NCBI GenBank assembly: GCA_025361365.1
Contig: JANYAM010000218.1
Location: 1,642-65,641, forward strand
Origin: Opitutus sp.
GTDB lineage: Bacteria > Verrucomicrobiota > Verrucomicrobiia > Opitutales > Opitutaceae
Length of the DNA stretch: 64,000 nt
Direction of reading: 5' to 3'
The notes under the pieces are model-generated. The model ran no database searches and was not told where the DNA came from. It worked only from the letters and a program-made list of their open reading frames with translations. How positions within the stretch are numbered: the first letter of the stretch is position 1; every line of letters starts with the position of its first letter. Below, piece after piece: positions 58,629 to 64,000 of the stretch. Made by a program: the position numbers and the translations under genes.

Positions 58629-61488
58629 CGGCGGCTTCCTCCGTCCCGGGCGCCACGTCCCCGAAAGTAGCGGCAAATTTCTTTTCCAACACCGCCCGCC
58701 GGATCGGCGTGCACGCCAGCGGCCATTCGTAACCGCGCGAAAATCCCGTGCGATCCGCCGTCCGCGCGCCGTATTTTCCCGTGGCCAGGTGCCGGCCCAG
58801 CTGCGTCAGCGCGGCCAGAGCCTCCGCCAGCTCGGTCAAGCCGAGGCTCGAGGGCTTGGGCGCATCCGGCTTCAACATCCACACCCGGGCGCCGGCCACC
58901 CCGAGCGTCTCCACGGCGGCGAGATAGACCCCGAGCTGCAGCGACGCGCCGCGCGCCATCGCGCGGGCCGACAATCGCGCGTCGGCGCCGGTTTTGAAAT
59001 CCACGACCTCGACCTGCGCCCCGGCCCACTCCGGCCGGTCGCTGAGCGCCAGGTCCATCCGCCCGGCAATCGCCATCCGCCCGCCTTCATCGCCGAGGCG
59101 GATGGCCGTGCCCGCCGGCAGCTTGGCCTCGACCGCCACGAAGCGGCCCGCCCGCAAACGGTAGACCTGGCCGAGCAACCCGGCCGCCATCTCGCCGAGT
59201 TCGGCATGGAAGGAATCCCAATAGCGGTCGTGCGGCCAGAGCCCGCGCAGCCGGGCCAGCTCCCGCGACAATTTCGCCCGCGCCTCTGGCTCCGCCGGCA
59301 GCTCCTTGAAAATCCCCTCCACTGGCGCGCCGCGCAAGGCCGCCGCCAACACCCGGTGCACCAGCGAGCCGAGCGACTTTTTTCGCGCCCGCACCAGTGG
59401 CTGCCAGTCGACCCGCTGCAGGCGGAGCACGCCCTCGAACCACAGCTCCGCCGGATCCTGCACCGCCCGCTCGATCAGCCGCGGCGCCAGTTCCGCCGGC
59501 CGCGTCACTTGCGGATCACCACAGAGGAAATAATCATCGAAGGCCGCCGCGGGATCGCGCCGCCGCTGCCAGATATCAAACCAACCCGCGGTCGACGGGC
59601 CGCTCGCGTCGGCCGCCACCGCCGTCTTCCGCGCCAGCCGGGAAAAACATTCCTCGAGACCCGCGGCCCCGGCGCTGCCCGCCAGCAGGACGCGTTCGAG
59701 CCACGCGTTGGGCGCCAGTTTCAGCTCCGGCTCCTCTTCATCAAACAAGGCCGCGGAGAAAATCACGGCGCCCGCCGCGTTGGCCGCGATGTCCGCGCCG
59801 CCCTGCTTCTCCACCCACGCGCGGCTGTCGCTCGTGAACAGCCCGAGGCCGGGACGGGCGCGCCGGTTCAATTCCTCGCGCTGCTCGTCGGTCAGCCAGC
59901 AACTCGACTCCGCGCGGAGCGGCCAGACCCCGGCGTTGCTCTGGACGAAAATGACATCCGACCACGCCAGCGCCGACGCGCGGCGCCACGTTGTGAGCGT
60001 GACCGGGGCGAACAGTCCCCGGCCCGGCGCGCCGGTCGCCGCGCTTTTTCCCGGAAGAAATGACCCGAGCGTCGCGAGCACGGCCGGCGCCGGCAGTGCG
60101 CGCCGGTCCTGCTGGGCGTAGACCGCCAGCGCCGGCCAGGCCTCGGTCCCGGGCAGGCCGAAGCGCGCACCGACCTGCGCGAAACGTTCCAAGGCCTCCG
60201 CCAGCGTCAGCCGGTCCGGCCACGCCGGCAGGAGCAGCCCGGCCACGCGCGCCACCTCGCGCCACTCCGGCCGCTCGCGCGCCGCGAGATCCGGCAGCAC
60301 GGTGGCCAGCGAATGGGTCTGCCGGGCATCGAAAACGCGTTCGCCCACATCGCGCGCCAATCCCGGCGCCAGGGGCGTGTGCCCGATGGCATGCAGCAGC
60401 GGCCACAGGGCCAGCAATTCCTCCAGCCGGGCGCCCCGCTCATAGAAGGCCAGCAAGGCGCGCTGCAGCTGCGTGTCGACCGCCACCGGGCCGGCGGCTT
60501 GGAGCAGGTCGTTGAACGGCAGCCCGCGCTCCGTCAGCAGGCGGGATAGACGCAAATGCGCGGCGCCGGCGCACGGGAAAACCACGGCCAGGTTGTCCGC
60601 GCCCGCCGCCAGCCGGCGCACCACTTCATCGGCCACGAGCGCCATCTCATCCACCCGCGCGTGGCCGACGAGCACGGTGGCGTGAGCGCCGTCGCCTGCC
60701 CCGCCGGTCCACAGGCGCGCGACCGCCGCCCCGGGCAGCTCCGGCGACGGGGCCAGCAGTTCCGCTTCAACCCCGAGGGTTTCCTCCCACAGTTTCACCC
60801 AGCGCTCGTCGTGGTCCTTCCGGCCGAACTCCGGCTCGGGCAGCAGCACCGTGATCTCGGCGGCCTGGCGCGCGAGCGCGATGACAGAGAAAAACTCGCA
60901 GGCGTGCTCCGCCGCAAAACCGTGGATCAGCAGCCGCCCGCCGAGGCGCGGTTTCGCCGGCGTGAGCGCGGCGGCGGCGATGTTCTGGCGCGCGGAGAAA
61001 TCGTAACCAACCTGCGCCACGCGACACTCCAGCTCCCCGAAGATTTCCCGCAGCGGGGCCAGCGGGAAGTCGCGGGCGCCGAAGCCCGCTTGCAACAGCT
61101 CATCGAAATCGTCGAGCGCCCCCTCGGGGTCGCTCTGCAGGCTTTTCCACAGGCCCCACGCGGTGTCCTCCGGGGCGAGCGGCGCCAGCCGCTCCTCGAT
61201 GAGGACGCGGAGATTGAGCAGCAGCAGTTCGCGGCCGAGGGCGGGGCGCGCCGGCGCCGCCAGCGCCACCCACTTCTGCCGCGCCAGGCCGGGCGTGAGG
61301 AACTCCACGCCGAGCAGCGGCAGGCCCTCGCGCACGCAACGCAGCTTGAGCGCATGGGCCTGGCCGCGCGTGGGCACGAGCACGAAGTCCCGCCGCAACG
61401 TCGCGGGCGCGGCCAGCCACGGGCGCACGATTTCGCGCCAGGCGGCATCCCAGTCGCGGGCGAGATGGAGTTCGCACTTCGGTTGCAC
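58621..61488 (-). CDS. addB: AddB-like helicase-nuclease subunit (PD-(D/E)XK nuclease family, no Cys cluster)
   Basis: 8-nt overlap with addA. C-terminal VEVVDFKTG...LQLGVY nuclease motif. No Fe-S-type cysteines seen. Confidence 0.7.
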   Translation of the reverse strand: MQPKCELHLARDWDAAWREIVRPWLAAPATLRRDFVLVPTRGQAHALKLRCVREGLPLLGVEFLTPGLARQKWVALAAPARPALGRELLLLNLRVLIEERLAPLAPEDTAWGLWKSLQSDPEGALDDFDELLQAGFGARDFPLAPLREIFGELECRVAQVGYDFSARQNIAAAALTPAKPRLGGRLLIHGFAAEHACEFFSVIALARQAAEITVLLPEPEFGRKDHDERWVKLWEETLGVEAELLAPSPELPGAAVARLWTGGAGDGAHATVLVGHARVDEMALVADEVVRRLAAGADNLAVVFPCAGAAHLRLSRLLTERGLPFNDLLQAAGPVAVDTQLQRALLAFYERGARLEELLALWPLLHAIGHTPLAPGLARDVGERVFDARQTHSLATVLPDLAARERPEWREVARVAGLLLPAWPDRLTLAEALERFAQVGARFGLPGTEAWPALAVYAQQDRRALPAPAVLATLGSFLPGKSAATGAPGRGLFAPVTLTTWRRASALAWSDVIFVQSNAGVWPLRAESSCWLTDEQREELNRRARPGLGLFTSDSRAWVEKQGGADIAANAAGAVIFSAALFDEEEPELKLAPNAWLERVLLAGSAGAAGLEECFSRLARKTAVAADASGPSTAGWFDIWQRRRDPAAAFDDYFLCGDPQVTRPAELAPRLIERAVQDPAELWFEGVLRLQRVDWQPLVRARKKSLGSLVHRVLAAALRGAPVEGIFKELPAEPEARAKLSRELARLRGLWPHDRYWDSFHAELGEMAAGLLGQVYRLRAGRFVAVEAKLPAGTAIRLGDEGGRMAIAGRMDLALSDRPEWAGAQVEVVDFKTGADARLSARAMARGASLQLGVYLAAVETLGVAGARVWMLKPDAPKPSSLGLTELAEALAALTQLGRHLATGKYGARTADRTGFSRGYEWPLACTPIRRAVLEKKFAATFGDVAPGTEEAADE

Positions 61489-61582
61489 GGCGGTCCATGA
61501 ACGCGGATTGGCCGCGCGAATTCAACCCCGCAGAACCGCCCCGCCCAACCCTCCTGACATCTTTTCGGCCGACCACAAAAAA

Positions 61583-61607
61583 CCCCGCGGCGGTGAGGCG
61601 CGCGGGG
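61583..61607 (-). terminator. Rho-independent terminator after rpsT
   Basis: Minus strand reads CCCCGCG-N11-CGCGGGG followed by TTTTTTG. Confidence 0.6.
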
Positions 61608-61631
61608 CGGGAAAATTAGACGGGAGCCCGG

Positions 61632-61898
61632 TTACTTCTTCGCGGCGAAAATATACTTGGCGACCTGCGCCTTGTGATTCGAGGCCGAGTTGCGGTGGAT
61701 GACGTGGCTCTTGACGGCCTTGTCGAGAGCGGAGCTGAAGGCGATGGCGGCGGCGCGGGACTTCTCGGCGTCGGCGCCCTTGGCAGCAGCGGCGACGGCC
61801 TTGGCCAGGGACTTCAGGCGGGTCTTGACGGCCTGGTTGCGGGAGGCGTTGCGGAGCGACTTGCGGGCGGCTTTGATAGCGGACTTGGTATTGGCCAT
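61632..61898 (-). CDS. rpsT: 30S ribosomal protein S20
   Basis: MANTKSAIKAARKSLRNASRNQAVKTRLKS... Start at ATG 61898, in frame with ORF 61632-62165. Confidence 0.9.
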   Translation of the reverse strand: MANTKSAIKAARKSLRNASRNQAVKTRLKSLAKAVAAAAKGADAEKSRAAAIAFSSALDKAVKSHVIHRNSASNHKAQVAKYIFAAKK

Positions 61899-62051
61899 GG
61901 TGGTTGGAAAATTTGGAAGGGCGAAAGACCCAAAATCCCCCGGGTGAGTCAAGCGCTTTCCTCGGTGGAGCCCGCGCTCCGCGCGGGCTGATTCAAGCTC
62001 CCCAAGCGCGCCCGGAGGGCCCGCTCCACCCCAGAGGCCTGTAAAAATGGA

Positions 62052-62084
62052 GCGGGGCGCGCCGTGGTTAACAGCGCGCCCCGC
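62052..62084 (-). terminator. Terminator downstream of rnpB
   Basis: GCGGGGCGCGC-N11-GCGCGCCCCGC followed by TCCATTTTT on the minus strand. Confidence 0.55.
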
Positions 62085-62091
62085 GTATGGT

Positions 62092-62503
62092 CTAGTTCCG
62101 CAGCCGATAAGCCGGATTTTGTTGGGCACCGCGAACGGCGCCGTGATCTTCATTTCTCTAGGCACGCCCGAAAGCGCACCTCTCCAGGCTGCCGGCTTGC
62201 GCCGGCGTCTGAAGTGCGACTAACCCGGGACTGTCCGACGGGCCGCCGAGTCCCCTATTTAGTCTTGCACCGGATTGGGTTTTTCATGCCGCCGTCGTTG
62301 CCTTCAGCGCGGTGGGCTCTTACCCCACCTTTTCACCCTTACCTCGCGGTTGCCCGCGGGGCGGTATATTTTCTGTGACACTATCCGTCAGGTCGCCTTG
62401 AAGCGCCCTGCCCCCGTTTTCACGGGGAATCCCGCCCTATGGTGTCCGGACTTTCCTCTCCTGGTTCAAAGAACGCGGAGCGAAGATCTGGCTCCGAAAC
62501 TAG
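62092..62503 (-). ncRNA. rnpB: RNase P RNA, bacterial type A
   Basis: Minus strand contains GAGAGGAAAGUCCGGACACC (P4 5' strand), GGUAAGGGUGAAAAGGUGGGGUAAGAGCCCACCGCG, and ACAAAAUCCGGCUUAUCGG (P4 3' strand). P1 forms between CUAGUUUCGGAGCC (5') and GGCUGCGGAACUAG (3'). Confidence 0.85.
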
Positions 62504-63207
62504 GACGCCCAATAGACCACCCGACCGCACTGGTCGCAAGTGGCAATTTCCGAGCCGGTCCGGGCCATCACCTCGATGTGGGTGGGCAGCTTCAGGTGGC
62601 AACCGCCGCAGCGTCCGCCGTTTACCGTCACGCAGACGGGGTGACCGGGCTTGATCGCGACGCGGTCGTAAATTTTCAACTGCGGGGCCGGCACCGCCGA
62701 GCGGGCCGCCGCCACCACGGCCAGGGCCTCCTTCAACTCGGCCTGCAGCTGGGTCTCGCGCTCGCGCAGCGTGCGGATCCGCCCCTCGTGACCGGAAATG
62801 TTCTGCTTCAGCTCGGTCTCGGCCGCGGCAAAGCGCTTCTTCGCCTCGTCGATCACATACATCACCTTCAGCTCCTCTTCTTCAAAGCCGCTGATGGCCG
62901 CCTCGGTCGTCTCGATCTCGTGGGTGAGCGCCTTATATTCGTCGTTCTTGCGCACCTCCAGCTGCTGCGTGCGGTATTTGCCGGCCTTGTCCTCGGCACT
63001 CTTGATCTCCACCTCGAGCAGCTTCTTCTTCGATTCGAGGGCGTGCCACTCGGCCTTGGCGGCCTCGATGGCGGCCTTTTCGGCCGCGATGCGGGCCTCG
63101 ACCCCCGCGATTTCGCGGGGAGCCGCCTGCAGCTGCTGCTCCAACGCCAGGCGCTTCGAATCGGATTCCTGCAACGCCAGCAACTTGGACAAATCGAGAG
63201 CAGCCAT
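62500..63207 (-). CDS. Coiled-coil plus C4 zinc-ribbon protein (COG1579/DUF164-like)
   Basis: Long heptad-rich N-terminus and C-terminal CGGCHLKLP...CDQCGRVVY zinc ribbon. Confidence 0.7.
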   Translation of the reverse strand: MAALDLSKLLALQESDSKRLALEQQLQAAPREIAGVEARIAAEKAAIEAAKAEWHALESKKKLLEVEIKSAEDKAGKYRTQQLEVRKNDEYKALTHEIETTEAAISGFEEEELKVMYVIDEAKKRFAAAETELKQNISGHEGRIRTLRERETQLQAELKEALAVVAAARSAVPAPQLKIYDRVAIKPGHPVCVTVNGGRCGGCHLKLPTHIEVMARTGSEIATCDQCGRVVYWAS

Positions 63208-63484
63208 GGCGGCGACATTGCGGGGCGGGTCGCCCTGCGGTCAAACGAAACTTTCCACCGCGCTCGTAGTCCGTTTTCCGAGTCGTTTTTTCGCCAAAAA
63301 CCCGGCCGAAAATCGAACCCGCCCGGGGCTTATTTTTTGAACGAAAACGAGCGATTTTTAATCGTTGGTGAAGAACAAATTAACCACTTGTTTTTTACGC
63401 TGAAAATAACTCAGAAAATCGCGAGAAAACCCTTGTCGGAGCGCGTATTTTGCATGACCTTTTTTTAACCCATTTTCGCCCTAA

Positions 63485-64000
63485 ATGTCCGCCTCCGAAG
63501 AAGCCTCCACTCTCGCCAAATCCAACGCCGCCGCCGCCGACTACGACGCCAATAAACTGGGCCAGCTGAAGGGCCTCGAGGCGGTCCGCAAGAAGCCCGG
63601 CATGTATATCGGCGGCACCGACGAGCGCGCGTTGCACCACTGCGTTTCCGAGGTGCTGGACAACTCCGTCGACGAACATCTCGCCGGCCACTGCTCGAAG
63701 ATCGAGGTCGCCATCCACGTCGACGGCTCGATCAGCATCCGCGACAACGGCCGCGGCATTCCGGTCGACATCAACAAGGATTCGGGCCTGCCGGGCGTCG
63801 AGCTCGTGCTCACCACGCTGCACTCCGGCGGCAAATACGGCCAGGGCGGCTACAAGTTTTCCGGCGGCACGCACGGCGTCGGCGCCAAGTGCGTCAACGC
63901 CGTCTCGGAGTGGTTCGAGGTCGAGGTGTCGCGCGGCGGCCAGGTCCACCACATGAAGTTCGAGCGCGGCGTGACGATGAAAAAGCTCGAGGTCATCGGC
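63485..64000 (+). CDS. gyrB: DNA gyrase subunit B, N-terminal part (runs off the window)
   Basis: My own translation: ...LEAVRKKPGMYIGGTDERALHHCVSEVLDNSVDEH...IRDNGRGIPVD...LHSGGKY...GGTHGVGAKCVNA (GHKL ATPase motifs). Confidence 0.95.
   Translation, partial: MSASEEASTLAKSNAAAADYDANKLGQLKGLEAVRKKPGMYIGGTDERALHHCVSEVLDNSVDEHLAGHCSKIEVAIHVDGSISIRDNGRGIPVDINKDSGLPGVELVLTTLHSGGKYGQGGYKFSGGTHGVGAKCVNAVSEWFEVEVSRGGQVHHMKFERGVTMKKLEVIG

Noticed and set aside
63208-63484. Replication origin upstream of gyrB
   Set aside because: Only two weak DnaA-box-like 9-mers (each with 2 mismatches to TTATCCACA) were seen, and neither dnaA nor dnaN is adjacent. The region is retained only as an AT-rich, possibly curved promoter region.

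Overview
High-GC (about 65-70% in coding regions) chromosomal window, almost fully coding. Gene content (PEP-CTERM anchor, DUF481 barrels, LptF/G permease, pilMNOPQ, bS22-like mini ribosomal protein, four-helix-bundle 'IVS' protein) suggests a Verrucomicrobiota/Opitutales-like organism; this is inference only. Main blocks: (1) 0-9.3 kb, a mixed envelope and hypothetical region holding a split DUF481 gene, a P-loop NTPase fused to a membrane domain, and a SeqA-like ORF. (2) 10.7-18.4 kb, a liv-type ABC transporter operon with three tandem binding-protein paralogs. (3) A GH106-like hydrolase, htpG and an M3 peptidase. (4) An NDH-2/cNMP/CBS fusion, sufU-sufS and a RAYT-type transposase. (5) 31.6-43.6 kb, a complete reductive pyrimidine/beta-alanine catabolic cluster. 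(6) kdsD, fumC, an ECF sigma pair, a polyprenyl synthase and a CPBP protease. (7) pilMNOPQ. (8) addAB, rpsT, RNase P RNA (not in the ORF track), a zinc-ribbon gene and the start of gyrB. The most unusual signal is non-coding. Nearly every intercistronic gap of the two long plus-strand operons holds a long imperfect hairpin whose arms are built from tandem 6-9 nt A-tract words. These include a roughly 118-bp MITE-like family and one 'loaded' version carrying a stop-interrupted four-helix-bundle (23S-IVS-type) gene. Canonical GTAG/GTGG-headed REP doublets and a low-GC, probably inactive RAYT gene are also present. No CRISPR array, tRNA or rRNA was seen. All family calls come from reading motifs by eye; no searches were run.
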